In this document: one piece after another, positions 27,330-39,812 of the stretch
Layout: each line of letters begins with the position of its first letter
Numbering within the stretch: the first letter of the stretch is position 1
Source: Octopus vulgaris
Taxonomy: Eukaryota
Reading direction: 5' to 3'
Length of the DNA stretch: 64,000 nucleotides
Assembly (NCBI GenBank): GCA_951406725.2
Contig: OX597824.1
Coordinates: forward strand, 17,546,001 to 17,610,000
Position numbers and translations under genes: made by a program
The notes under the pieces: model-generated
Seen by the model: the letters and a program-made list of their open reading frames with translations, nothing else
Databases searched by the model: none
What the model was told of the DNA's origin: nothing

Positions 27330-27745
27330 TTTTTTTTTCTCTAGTTTCCGCTCAGAGCTGTGGCCATGCTGATGCACCGCCGTTTTGTGCTACACTTTTA
27401 TTACTAAGAGCCTCCTCTAATATGTGGCACTTGGTGAAGCATGGAGTTTGATATAGCTATCCTCATTTGCACCTCTTGCCGTGAGGTAGGTTCATCTGGG
27501 GCTCTCGACAGGAAGAGGTCCAGCTTTGATTTTAAAAAAAACCTACATCTACTTTGTGCAAGTTCTTCAGACTCTTTGAGAGAATATTAAAAAGCTGTGG
27601 GCCCTTGAAACCCAGGCTGTTGCAGTGACTGGTCCTGAAGCGTGATGGCATTGCTGGGACATTTGGCACTATGCAGTGTCGTCCCGTTCTGGCAGTAGTG
27701 TTGCTTTCAATGCCAAAATTTGGCACAATTCCTTCCAGGATCCTA
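27330..27745 (-). pseudogene. CR1/L2-group LINE 3' end (ORF2 C-terminus plus 3' UTR)
   Basis: ILEGIVPNFGI...RTGRHCIVP...NSLGFKGPQLFNIL..L...FFK. Tail GGCGGTGCATCAGCATGGCCACAG...GAAACTAG. Clade label is approximate. Confidence 0.7.
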
Positions 27746-29921
27746 AATTATTTCGAAATACTAAGAAAAGGAAAAAAAAAAAGCATCTTCTTATGACAGA
27801 TGATAGATTGAACACACGGTGATATAGAATAAATCAAACAAGAAATTAATTTAACTTGCCAGATAAAGCAAATCCATAAGTGACATGAGACAAGAATGTT
27901 TCATTGTAAATAGATTTTATTTGATATCCTATAATTCCTATTTGAAAAATAATATATATATATATATATATATATAAATATATATATATATAAATATATA
28001 TAGTATAAAAGACGTGTGTATCTTCGTGTTTTCAGTTTAACAATGAAGAATCTGAGGCTACTAACATGTTATTTTTTTTTAATTCTTGTATTTTTTTTTT
28101 TATTAAATTTTAGTCTATATTAACTGATGGAACTTTAATTTTTACAATTCTATATTCCACCCCATCCCCGCCCATTAACTCAGTTTTATCTTTGATTATT
28201 TCTTTAATGTTATTTTTTTCCCCCTTTCTTCATCTTCTAACACCATTAATTCTCTTCTTACTCATATTTCTAGATTTCTTCTCAATTTTCTCTTGTTGCC
28301 TTTTATTTCACAGTTTCTACTTTAGCTATTCATATCTTTTCTCACCCACCAACACACCTGCTCTAAGATCTGCTCACTCATTTCCCATTTACTCTCAGGC
28401 CTATTGGTTATTTCTTATAAGCTTCTATCTCCATTTTTACCATATTCCTTCTATTCTTCCATTTTTCTTTCTTTTTTTTTTTTTTACGTCAATTACATCT
28501 CGCAGAAAACTTCAATTCCTTATAGCTATTTTACTCACATCTTTTCATCTTGATTTTTCTTTTATGCAATTATTTATTTTAATATTTCATACATCCCCCT
28601 CCCTTTTCTTCCCCCCCTTTCCTTATCTAAGTCTACCTCTATTCAAGTCTCACTCTCTTTCTCTCCCTTTGTCGATCCTTCCTCTCATTCTTTCCTTTTG
28701 TCCGTGTCTTTTTTCATATTTGCTCATTTCTATATCTTTTCTCTTTCTCCACCGTCTATCTCTTTTTTTTTTTCTTATTTCTATCAATTTCTTCTTTCTC
28801 ACTCCTCCTGTCTCTCTTCTCTCTCCTCTCTCCTCTCTCCTCACCACTCCACATTTTCTCAATCAATGTTTCTATATCTATCCCCCTAACCTCACTGGTT
28901 TTCTATTTCCTTTTATTGATTTTTCAACTTACACTCTCCATGTTTCCTCACTCCAAGTTGGAGGAAGGTGATGCGTGTCCATTGATCAACGGATTGAGAA
29001 GAGAAAAATTCCTGCAGAAAGTGTCAGGATTCCGAGTGGAACGTGTCAAATTCAATCTTCCTTTTCCCGAATGTTTTGAACCGTTCAAAGTTTTAGGGAA
29101 AGTAGCAACACCCGGAGGCTGTCGAATCATTTTTAGCATCACCGACTTCAAGCATCACAAACACCCACTCACTCGCTTATCAATATTTGCACCATCATTA
29201 GTGGCAGGAAAAAGCCCCCACCGTCGTCATCACTGTTACGCAGTGACTATTAACATCAGCAAGAAATGTTAAGAAGACAATAACAGATAAATAACAACTA
29301 TAAAGCAAATACAGATAGAGAAAGGAAGGTGAGGGGTGGATGCTGAGGATAATGAAGCGAACAAAGGTGTGAGAAGCAACAGTATGATCAGATCTGCAAT
29401 TATAGTAAAGAGTTACGCTGTCGCAAGTAGCAATGAGAATGTTATAATTAGCATCTTACTGCTTTCAAAATGGCTGTAGATATAAAATATCTTTGTAAGA
29501 AAGCTAACGTAAATCTCCATTATCGTATTTTGTTCCACCATTTTGTCGTCGTTTCAGAATAGATTCTATTAACATAATAATTAATACCATCCAAGTATGC
29601 CGACAGCATATATGCCATTCGCTGCTAACACCAATAGAATAGTATTTCGATTATGGCTTCTAAAAAGCTATTTCTAATGAAACAAAAGTAAATGTTAAAA
29701 AGAAATCCAATATATTTTTGGTTGTATAAATATTATTAGCGTATGAAAAACTTCAGTAAACATGCGCAGAACACATCGGGGCTTATTGATAACATTCGTG
29801 AACAAAGATTTTTCGAACGGTGATGAATATGGGTGGATGAAAACAAAATGGTCGATGTAGATTTAAAAAAGTGCCTTTGTATTTCCAGTAGTAAATGTAG
29901 ATTTTGAAATGGAAGCAGTTA

Positions 29922-29968
<47 letters not shown>

Positions 29969-30428
29969 ATAAGATCGTTAATTTAGAATAAAATAACGGT
30001 TTTATCAAGTGGCCAGCACGGAAAACATAACCTTCAAAGGTAATAATTATTAAAATTATATATTAGGGTATCTACGAGATATCACCATGCTGAAAATAGC
30101 AGCCATGATCTGACACTAAAACCGCCTTAATTGTCCATATCACAAACACGGAGAGAAAACAAAGAGACAAGATGAAGCTAATAAAAAATTACTGGATAAT
30201 TCTAGATAATTTTAAATATACATATATATATATATCATCACCGACTTCAAGCATCACAAACACCCACTCACTCGCTTATCAATATTTGCATATATATATA
30301 TATATATATATATGGCCTGCTCGCTTAGCCAGCGGGGTGGCGTCATTTGAAGGCTAAAACAATGCGAAGCGCATTGTGACCAGCGATGTGTAGCAACATC
30401 TGATGGCCTGGTCGGTCACAGTGATCAC

Positions 30429-30476
<48 letters not shown>

Positions 30477-31025
30477 GTATGTGTGTATTATGTGTGTATG
30501 TATGTATGTATGTATGTATTATGTATGTATATATGTATGCTTGTGTATGCATATATATATATATATATATATATATGCATATATGTATGTATTTATATAC
30601 AAACACACACACATAGTACTTCTTCCTGTTTCTTGAAATCATTGGCATTTAATCAGCATGACACCAAATATAAAAGAAAAATTCATTCACATATTTTATG
30701 CCATGTTTATGGTAATTGTACAACAAAGACATAGAGAAGAACATCACTAACACTTTTTAGAAAAATATCCCATTTAAACATTGGTCGTCATGCATGAGAT
30801 TAAGACAAGCAGCGCGAACCCCATCCGTTCTTTTCTGCTTTCTTAATTGGACTTCCATGATTGGTTGGATAAAACTTGACGATCGCTAACATCTTGTCAT
30901 ACCTATAAGATGAGATCATAAAGCTGATTACTATTTCTGTACTTTTAGATTTGTTGCAAAGAAACAGCATGATTGTGAATCTAAAATTGCATTCGGTACG
31001 CAGGCCAGTCGAATATGATTAAACA

Positions 31026-31114
<89 letters not shown>

Positions 31115-31126
31115 GTATATATATAT

Positions 31127-31202
<76 letters not shown>

Positions 31203-31203
<1 letters not shown>

Positions 31204-31774
31204 TACCTACCAATAGGACCCGGCATTGCCGGGTCTTGTGCTAGTCAAACATATTTGGTCTTTCATGAAAACCCCGATCTCTTGTCATTCACTTGGTCTA
31301 ACTCGTTAATTATTCCCTGCATTTCTCAAATCAAAAAAGCGTGCACGTTTGAAAGCCAAAACACATGATAACTCGCCTTTGCAAAAAACACAAATGCGCT
31401 GAGTCATACAGACTGTATGCAAATGCGCATGCACATTCAACTGTCAAGGTTAAAATTATCTCCGTCCAATCAAAAATCAGCTGGCACTCTATTGGCAAAT
31501 CTTGCTGTATGCACACACCGCGTACAAATGTCTATGTTTTATCGATGTTGAATGGATATGCCCATAACTTATGGGCATAAGAGGTCGGTTTATCGATTTT
31601 TTTAAAATGGCTTTCTGAGGTGATTGGGGAAATGAAAAGATCTTCATGACCACCCTCAGACAGTTTTGAGAGCCCATAGAAACTGCGAGCCTTTTACGTG
31701 AAAACTGTGAATTCCTATAAAGGAGACGCAGAGACACGGAAACACAGACATTTTGCCGTTTATAGACATAGAGA
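31203..31774 (-). mobile_element. Probable non-autonomous Helitron
   Basis: Minus-strand 5' end A|TCTCTATGTCTATAAACGGCAAAATGTCTG. GC-rich hairpin GACCCGGC-att-GCCGGGTC (31217-31235). GTAG|T lies about 10 nt beyond it on minus, and CTAG|T at 31241-31245 on plus. Confidence 0.55.
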
Positions 31775-33826
31775 TAATCTTCATCTCCTTTCACACCAAA
31801 TGAGGTCCTAATTGCCATAGAACATCCAATGAACAATGTCGAACGTGCCATTAGTGGAGGCGCTGAAAATTCTAAAGATTTTGAGTGTGTACCTGAAGAG
31901 ATACTGGAGTCAAAAGAGTGTTTGAAGGACCTTGTCAATATTGTATTTCTGTAACTACATAAAAAAAAATGCTTCTTGGCTCGAAACTGAAGAAAGATAA
32001 TTTACTATTGTTTAAATGAGTGGCTATCAAAGTCGTATCTTTAATTTAGTAACATTATATGTACCATATATCCTGTTCCATTTTTCCGGTCACGTCAGTC
32101 TATTTTCTTCGCAAATTTGCTTCAAATATCGCCTTTTCATTCAGTCATCGGAAAGTACCATGAAAGCATTTCTGTTGTCCAACGGGAATTTAGAAGCTAT
32201 GTATTCCAAATGCCGAGTCCAAAACGAACATGGTGATATGGATATATTACATGGTGGCAGAAGGCGGCGAGCTGGAAGAAACGTTAGCACGCCGGGCGAA
32301 ATGCGTAGCCGTATTTCGTCTGTCGTTTCGTTCTGAGTTCAAATTCCGCCGAGGTCGACTTTGCCTTTCATCCTTTCGAGGTCGATAAATAAAATACCAG
32401 TTACGCACTGGGGTCGATGTAAACGACTTAATCCCTTTGTCTGTCCTTGTTTGTCCCCTCTATGTTTAGCCCCTTGTGGGCAATAAAGAAATATATCTTA
32501 CATGGTGCCATTTTAATATTACGTAAATGTTGTGTCGACGCCCCCAGACGATGAAGTAGGCTAGCCCAATACGTAGATATAGAAGGAGGCATCTAGATAT
32601 CGAGGAGTTGGGTAGAGGTAAAAAGAACGTGCGATATAACAGTAAATAAAGAATGTGCTGAAATTTTCGCCTAATTTGTATAATATTAGTCATGTAAGAA
32701 GGATTTTAAAATAATGTTTTTCATGACTAATATTATACAAATTGACAAAATTTCAGCATTCTTTATTTACTGTTATATGTACGTTCTACCTCTACCCAAC
32801 TCCTCATTATCTAGACTCTCAGCTTCTATCTCCGTATTGGGCAGCACTAAACATCGAATAACAGTACATCAACATTTATAATTGTTAAGTAAAATGGCAT
32901 CTCATATAAGATATATTTCTTTATTGCCCACAAGGGGCTAAACATAGAGGGGATAAACAAGGACAGACAAAGCATATGCGTAACTGGTATTTTATTTATC
33001 GTCAGAAAGGATGAAGGCAAAGTCGACCTCATTGCAATTTGAACTCAGAACAACGACAGACGAAACGGCTGCATTCGCCCGGCGTGCTAACGATGCTGCT
33101 TTCTCATGTAATATAATCCATATCACCATGTTCGTTTAGCTCAGGCATTTGGGAATACATAGCTTCCGTTAGACAACAGAAATGCTCATGGTACTTTCAG
33201 ATGACTGAATGAAAAGGCGATATTTGAAGAAAATACAGAAAATGGAACAGGAATATGGTACAATAATGTTACTAAATTAAAGTATACGATTTTGATAATA
33301 CTAAACAATAGTAATTATCTTCTTCAGTTTCGAGCCAGAGCATTTTTTATGTAATTTAGAAATACAATGATTGACAAGGTCCTTCCACTCTTGTCCAAGT
33401 ATATAGCAGGTACACCTCAAAATCTTTGAATTTTCAGCATCATTCGACATTATTCATTAGATGTTCTATGGCAATTAAGACCTCATTTGGTGTGAAAAGG
33501 AGATGAAGATTGTCTCTATGTCTATAAGCAACAAAATGTCTGTGTTTCCGTGTCTCTGCGTGGGAATTCACAGTTTCACGTAAAAGGCTCGCAGTTTCCA
33601 TGGGCTCTCATAAACTGTCTAGGGTGGTCATGAAGATCTTTCATTTCCCCAATCACCTCCAGAAAGCCATTTAAAATCGATAAATACCTCTTATGCCCAT
33701 AAGTTGTGGGCATATCCCATTCAACATCGATAAATATAGACATTTGTATATATATGTACATACAGCAAAGATTTGCAATAGGTAGCTGATTTGTTGAACG
33801 GAGATAATTTTAACCTTGACAGTTGA

Positions 33827-33830
<4 letters not shown>
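31433..33830. repeat. Large inverted duplication (arms 31433-32694 and 32722-33830, 27-bp spacer)
   Basis: Both arms carry the same Helitron end, unique sequence and SINE B copy in opposite orientation. Right arm is about 150 bp shorter through many small deletions. Confidence 0.9.
32261..32494 (+). mobile_element. SINE family B (mirror copy at 32914-33095, minus)
   Basis: Full head-to-tail copy. TSD-like TTACATGGTG at about 32247 and 32498. Confidence 0.85.
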
Positions 33831-33862
<32 letters not shown>

Positions 33863-33899
33863 GCACGTACCATTATACATGCTCACATACGTAAATGTG

Positions 33900-33979
<80 letters not shown>

Positions 33980-33983
<4 letters not shown>

Positions 33984-34149
33984 TGTGTGGTAAGTAGCTT
34001 GCTTACCAATCACATGGTTCCGGGTTCAGTCCCACTACGCGGCACCTTGGGCAAGTGTCTTCTACTATAGCCTCGGGCCAACCAAAGCTTTGTGAGTGGA
34101 TTTTGTAGACAGAAACTGAAAGAAGCCCGTCGTATATATATATATATAC

Positions 34150-34190
<41 letters not shown>

Positions 34191-34268
34191 TGTGTATGCA
34201 TGTGAGTGTGTGTGTGTAGTTGTGTGTCTGTGTTGTTCCCCCTCCATCGCTTGACAACCGATGTTGGC
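33980..34268 (+). mobile_element. SINE family A, 3'-truncated
   Basis: Head and internal microsatellite present, tail absent. Confidence 0.85.
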
Positions 34269-34633
34269 GAATTTTAAGTGTCTTTTTTCCAGGAACAACT
34301 TCATGTATTGGTTAGATGTCAGCAAGATAATAGAGAACAATGATTGAAGTTGTAATTAAGACAGAGTTAATTGATATGGAGATCTGGAAGCTATCTGAAA
34401 TATTGAAAAAGTGTTGCCGCATAGTGCCGCATATCAAAATGTCGACATCATTTTGATGGCTGCTGTTCAGTGCTTTATATACACTGCAAAGGTTGTAAGA
34501 CGTGACATGGACAGCTGCAACGGATATTACGAAGCTGTGGCCTGCATGAAAGGAAACAGCAGGGAAGCCTGTGACGGCATGATGGTATTCTTCCAGCAAC
34601 TGATGAACTGGGACTTATATTTAATTGAGTCGC

Positions 34634-34820
34634 CATGATAGATCGTTAGCCACTACACACATTTTTCTCTCTCCTTGTTTTTTCTCTGTCCCATTCTGTA
34701 GAAGAGCGTAGGCTCGAAACGTAAAATACTTTTTTCTATTCCTGAGCGTTATACTAATACATCTGTTTGTTTTGTACACCACCTGTCTTCATCCTTTGTT
34801 TCCTTCGTAAACGCTCCCTA
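34634..34820 (+). mobile_element. Family H1 repeat with hammerhead-like motif
   Basis: CUGUAGA-A-GAGC(guag)GCUC-GAAA-CG-UA at 34696-34723. Confidence 0.65.
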
Positions 34821-35057
34821 TATTTAATTAAGACGGCTGTGTGAGGCTGCTACGGAGAGTTGCCAATCCTTGCTGGGAAAGGTTTGCTTCTAGAAGGCCA
34901 TGTGTGTGCCAAATCTCCGGAAAGAGTCAGAAATGGTTCTTGAAGAATTCTTACGACTTCATCAGTCTCAATAACTAGTCTTCTAATTCTCCCAGTTGTA
35001 CTGACATTGGTTACTAAGTGTGGGACGCAGTTGAGAATAACAATTTTCGCTCTACCT

Positions 35058-35287
35058 ATTTCTTTACGACCCATAGGGGGCTAAACACAGAGGGGACAAA
35101 CAAGGACAGACACGGATTAAGTCGATTATATCGACCCCAGTGCGTAACTCGTACTTATTTAATCGACCGCAAAAGGATGAAAGGCAAAGTAAACCTCGGC
35201 GGAATTAGAACTCAGAACGTAGCGGCTGACGAAATACCGCTAAGCATTTCGCCCGGCGTGCTAACGATTCTGCCAGCTCGCCGCCTT
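35058..35287 (-). mobile_element. SINE family B with 14-bp TSD
   Basis: TTTTCGCTCTACCT at 35044-35057 and 35288-35301. Confidence 0.9.
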
Positions 35288-35505
35288 TTTTCGCTCTACC
35301 TGCAACACCAAGATTAATATGGTGGCCAAGATAAAAGAGGTTTTGGAAGACCTTCAGAGGGCCATAGTGAGGAATGAATACGGTAGGTTTCGGAGCCATT
35401 TTGAGGCCGTGGTGGAAGTTGAGGATGACTACTTTGAGGAAACTGATGTCGTCCAGCCTTAATATGTTTGATATTTTTTTATCTTAAAAAGAATAATTTA
35501 TTTAT

Positions 35506-35668
35506 AGGCGGAGGAATGGCTGTGTGGTAAGTAGCTTGCTTACCAACCGCATGGCCCTAGGTTCAGTCCCACTGCGTGGCACCTTGGGCAGGTGTCTTCT
35601 ACTAAAAGTTCCGGCCGACCAAAGCTTTGTGAGTGGTATGTATGTATATATATATAGCTCGTCGTATG

Positions 35669-35731
<63 letters not shown>

Positions 35732-35950
35732 GTATGTGTGTGTGTGTGTATGTGTATCTGTCTTTGACCCCCCCAACATTGTTTGACAACCGATGCTGGT
35801 GTGTTTACGTCCCCGTAACTTAGCGGTTCAGCAAAATAGACCGATAGAATAAGCACGAAGCTTACAAAGAATAAGCTCTGGGTCGATTTGCTCGATTAAA
35901 GGCGGTGCTCCTGCATGGCCGCAGTCAAATGAATGCAACAAGTAAAAGAA
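35506..35950 (+). mobile_element. SINE family A
   Basis: Head, microsatellite core and tail. Confidence 0.9.
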
Positions 35951-36089
35951 TTTCTGTGCGGTTATTGTGTTTCTTCATTTTATGCCATCTGTCAAATTCA
36001 GCCAGAGTATCCAGTATATACATTTATGCATACAGTTGTCTGTGTCTTTATATATATATATATATATATATACAACGATATACTTCGCT

Positions 36090-36202
36090 CTTTTCAAGCC
36101 TGTTTCCCGGTTTCTGTGGCGTATGTGTTCCCCCCAGCTGGACGGGACGCCAGTTCATCGCACCGTAACTCAAGAAACAGGAAGTGAGAGTGAGAGGAAG
36201 TT
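36090..36202 (-). mobile_element. SINE 3' fragment with V-domain-like block
   Basis: Minus GCGATGAACTGGCGTCCCGTCCAGCTGG...AACACATACGCCA matches 39712-39775. CTCTCACTCTCACTTCCTGTTTCT is shared with SINE C at about 4232-4256. Confidence 0.6.
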
Positions 36203-36209
36203 ATATTAT

Positions 36210-36590
36210 ATATATATTCAACAATATAAGGAATGGCCATATAGGACATATACTTGTCCTAGGCTCTCTGCTGACGAGGCACGCCAGATGTAAATGAATT
36301 TAATTTAATTTAATTTAATTATTTCATTTGCCAAAGTTTTGCCGAAACTATGCATAGTCCAGAGATGAAAGGGGTAAACGTTTTTATTTCTCTTTCTATT
36401 TCAGAATTACAACTACTTAGCGGTATGAGTTTTGGCTGCTCTTTCTAGTGAGTCGAATGTCCTATATGGCCATTCCTTATATTGTTGAATGTATATTATA
36501 TAGTCTTTGACTATTTTTTCTTTCTCACTAGACCGCTGGTAGCGGAGAATTTTTTCTAGAATTTTTTGCTACCCTTATATTTATTATATA
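36210..36590 (+). mobile_element. Penelope-like pLTR remnant with perfect 34-bp inverted repeat enclosing a hammerhead
   Basis: Inverted repeat 36216-36249 / 36457-36490. TA runs on both sides. Second partial copy at 18581-18696. Confidence 0.65.
36265..36365 (+). ncRNA. Type I hammerhead ribozyme, canonical core, extended stem II
   Basis: UCUCUG-CUGACGA-GGCA[58 nt with GUAAAUGAA/UUCAUUUGC helix]UGCC-GAAA-CUAUGCAUAG-UC-CAGAGA. Stem I 6 bp, palindrome ACTATGCATAGT, GUC triplet ending at 36359. Confidence 0.9.
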
Positions 36591-37385
36591 TATATATATG
36601 GATATATACGCACACACACACACACCCTTGTATATATGTATGTGTATACATATATTTATATATGTAAGTGTTTATGGATTCATGCATGTATGTATACATG
36701 TATGTATGTATGTATGTATGTATGTATGTATGTATGTATGTATGTATGTATGTATGTATGTATGTGTGTGTGTGTGTATTAAAACAACACAAAAGGAAAA
36801 CAGAGACAAGAGACTGGTTTATTATATCAAGTTTTCTATTTCAGAACTGAGAATCGATTAAAGAAACCGCCGGATCGATTTCTTCTCTGCCAGCTATCTC
36901 CCCGATACAGTTATCTCATCTCGTCTAATATTTGCTCCATCAGTTTCCATCAGTCGAAAAAATTGTGAGAAAATGTGATGATCAGAAGCAACACCAACAG
37001 ACAAGATCTCCAGTCGACAGAATCGGAAATTCTTCAGTTATTAGTGATATTGTTGCCGCTGTTGATGATAATTTTAAAAAATGGTAATCGCGTCAGTGTT
37101 GTGAATTATGAAGTAGAGAAGAAAATTATGATGAAGATGGTGATGATGAGGAAGGAGAAAAGAACAAGGATGATTGTGATGTATATACTGATGCCGGTGC
37201 TGGTGTTGTGGAGGAAGAGATTTCCTGAGAGAACATCTTTCTATTTTCCTAATTTCTCACCTCCAGTTTTCGATCTGTTGACGAATACCAACTTCTGTAC
37301 ACACACATGAACACACACAGATATATATGTATGTATATAGGTAAGTATATGTGCATGAGAGTGTGTATATATATATATATATATA

Positions 37386-37537
37386 GGAGGTGCAGATGAG
37401 GGCAGCTGCATCGAACTCTCTCATGCACCAAATGGCAGTTGCTAAAACGCATTCGTGAAGTAAAACCATGTAGCAACACCAAATGGCGGTGCCCCAGCAT
37501 GGCCACAACTCGTGAGCTGAAACTAGAATCAATCAAT

Positions 37538-37538
<1 letters not shown>
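37386..37538 (+). mobile_element. CR1/L2-group LINE 3' terminal fragment
   Basis: GAGGTGCAGATGAGGGCAGC...GGCGGTGCCCCAGCATGGCCACA...GCTGAAACTAG. Homologous to 27330-27485 (-) and 45890-46060 (-). Confidence 0.7.
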
Positions 37539-37588
<50 letters not shown>

Positions 37589-37593
<5 letters not shown>

Positions 37594-38140
37594 ACAAAAT
37601 GGGACAAGAACGCAAAACATCCAAATAGACGATACAAAAATAATACACAGACTGGTCATTCGAAGCCTTTAATCTTCAGTCAAGAACCGGATCTTCCTCG
37701 CAATTTTGGCTGATTAATCTTGAGATTGCTCCAGTCTGGCCAGCCCCAAGAAACAACAAAGCTAAGAGCATTAGATTCCTGGGAAAAAGGATCGAATGTA
37801 TACGAAACAAGGACGGAAAAACGTACGATGTTACACGAATATAAATACAAAAATAAAAAAAACAAAAAAAAATAATACGAATATACATACAAAAAAAACA
37901 CAATAATAATAATAACAACAGGACATAACAACAGGCGTCCTTCGACTGGAGATGAACTGAATTCAGCTGGCGTTTTGAGAATTAAGCCTTACGGCAGAGG
38001 AAAATAGCGTTGTGACCGTGACTGCGGTCCAACGCAAAAGGGCTAGTAGTCGGCCAGCGGTCACGTGAGAAGAGAAGAGAGAGAAAAGGAGGAACAAAGG
38101 AATTAAGGAAGGGGAAAAGAGAGAGCAAAGGAATTAAGGA
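37589..38140 (-). mobile_element. Short repeat abutting (TA)n (family also at 46378-46514, opposite orientation)
   Basis: TACAAAATGGGACAAGAACGCAAAACATCC...AGACGAT aligns with the reverse complement of 46378-46514. Confidence 0.6.
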
Positions 38141-38198
38141 GGCTTATATATTTTTATCCATCTATAACTATATGTATATGTGTGTGTTTATGTGTGTG

Positions 38199-38245
<47 letters not shown>

Positions 38246-38249
<4 letters not shown>

Positions 38250-38392
38250 TCTGATCAATAAGTATCCGGATTGCTAAAGCATACAGATAAAGCCACTTGG
38301 CAAAGATTCATCTTGAACCTTGTTATGCATGTGCACTAACTTTTACCGTTCTAGCTCACTTCCCCTGTTTACAGCAGTGCTTGAAAGGAACA
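38246..38392 (+). mobile_element. Possible mariner-like 5' terminal fragment
   Basis: GTGGTCTGATCAATAAGTATCCGGA resembles mariner TIRs (recall only). Confidence 0.35.
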
Positions 38393-38401
38393 TGTTTTTA
38401 T

Positions 38402-38590
38402 TTTTTGGGTGCCTGTTAATATAGGGTTTGGATTTGTAAAGGATTTTCCATTTGATGTCGTAGTTGGTCCCTTCGACTTCAAGCCGAAAGGGTAGTTGAA
38501 TGTCTCTTATCACGGTGCCTAAAAGGCGAAAGATAATTGTTATATCTGGAGTTAAATTTTCTTTCCTCGACCTCTGTCATATTTACAGGG
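38402..38590 (-). pseudogene. Decayed Penelope-like endonuclease fragment (Naiad-like lineage)
   Basis: Minus translation with frameshift: RKFNSRYNNYLSPFRHRDKRHSTTLS...LKSKGTNYDIKWKILYKSKPY. Matches the FK.RY.NH..SFR...ST.LS...LK...Y.IKW.IL...PY pattern. Confidence 0.6.
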
Positions 38591-39516
38591 CAAGCTGATA
38601 CTTGCCCAGTAGAAACCATAGAGAATATATCGCTGAAAGAGCTCATATCCTTTTTAAATTTAAGATCTGTAACTCATTGCTGAACTGAAATTTTCAGTGG
38701 TTGTAAGCATATGCCTTTGTTCCTGCTGAAGAAATAGGGAGTTCCTCCCCTTAAGTAATTAACTGTATGATAAACTCTAAGTCACTATTTTTTAAGTCTT
38801 ATAATTTACGGTCTAATGGTGATAACTCTTTTATCCTTTTCCTTTCTTTGTGATTACTTTTTCGCTTTCCAGTTTATTAATCTTTCTCTTTTTCTATATA
38901 TAGCCCCCCCCCCCGCCTTCTCTCATTTCTTTTCTCATTCAATTTTTAGCTTGTTATACAATGTGGGCTGAGCCCGAGGATTGTCCCGAGGTGACAGACC
39001 TGTTATAGAACATTGTGTGGCATGTTCGCAGCACATGGAACTAATAGTAGCTTATAATTTATTGTGTTTATTAAATAATATTTATCTCTCACAAGATCGA
39101 GTACTTTTTTCACTGGTTTTATCATCACAGAACAATACATTATATATATATATAATGAGGGGGACGGGGTAAATTAGCTGCATCAAATTGGAGTAACAGC
39201 AGGTAGTGATTCTACCTTGTATTTATTCTTAGTGCAAGTTTTGAAGAGTGCAGTTCGCTTTTAACAGTTACTTTTTCAAAGCTATAATGGAAGTGACAAG
39301 GGAGAACATATGTATTAAATGCATTCAGAATACCATTACTTGGTTTCACTTCATTATGATAATAGTGTGAGAGTGCATATATGTGTGTATTTATGTTTGT
39401 ATATATGTATGTATATAGAGAGACACTGTGAAAAATTGATACATGGACAGAGATAAACTTAAACAGAAAGTGACAGAGAGGAATATACATAGAAGGATGG
39501 AAACATAGATAGATAA

Positions 39517-39577
<61 letters not shown>

Positions 39578-39580
<3 letters not shown>

Positions 39581-39812
39581 TGGTAAGGGTGTCAGCATAA
39601 TGATAGTAAGATTGTTGTTTCGATTCCTGAACCGGGCGACGCGTTGTGTTCTTGAGCAAAACACTTCTTTTCACGTAACTCCAGTCTACTCAGCTGGCAA
39701 AAACGAGTAACGCTGCAATGGACTGGTGTCCCGTCCAGCTGGCGAACACATACGCCATTGAAACCGGGAAACCGGGCCCATGAGACTGGCTAGGCTTTAA
39801 AAGGGCTCATTT
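39578..39812 (+). mobile_element. tRNA-derived SINE with V-domain-like block
   Basis: AGTGGTAAGGG...GTTTCGATTCC head, TGTGTTCTTGAGCAAAACACTT, CTGCAATGGACTGGTGTCCCGTCCAG. Confidence 0.65.

Larger units (their letters stand above)
34400..35445 (+). pseudogene. Tc1/mariner-superfamily relic (same family as 3817-4986), interrupted by an H1 repeat and a SINE B
   Basis: AAAGGTTGTAAGACGTGACATGGAC is shared with 4461-4485. Remnant peptides ISGKSQKW...SNSP...VWDAVE and C-terminal RFRSHFEAVVEVEDDYFE. Confidence 0.6.

Noticed and set aside
28192-28971. 259-aa hydrophobic ORF resembling a membrane protein
   Set aside because: Arises from a C/T-rich low-complexity strand that lacks stop codons.
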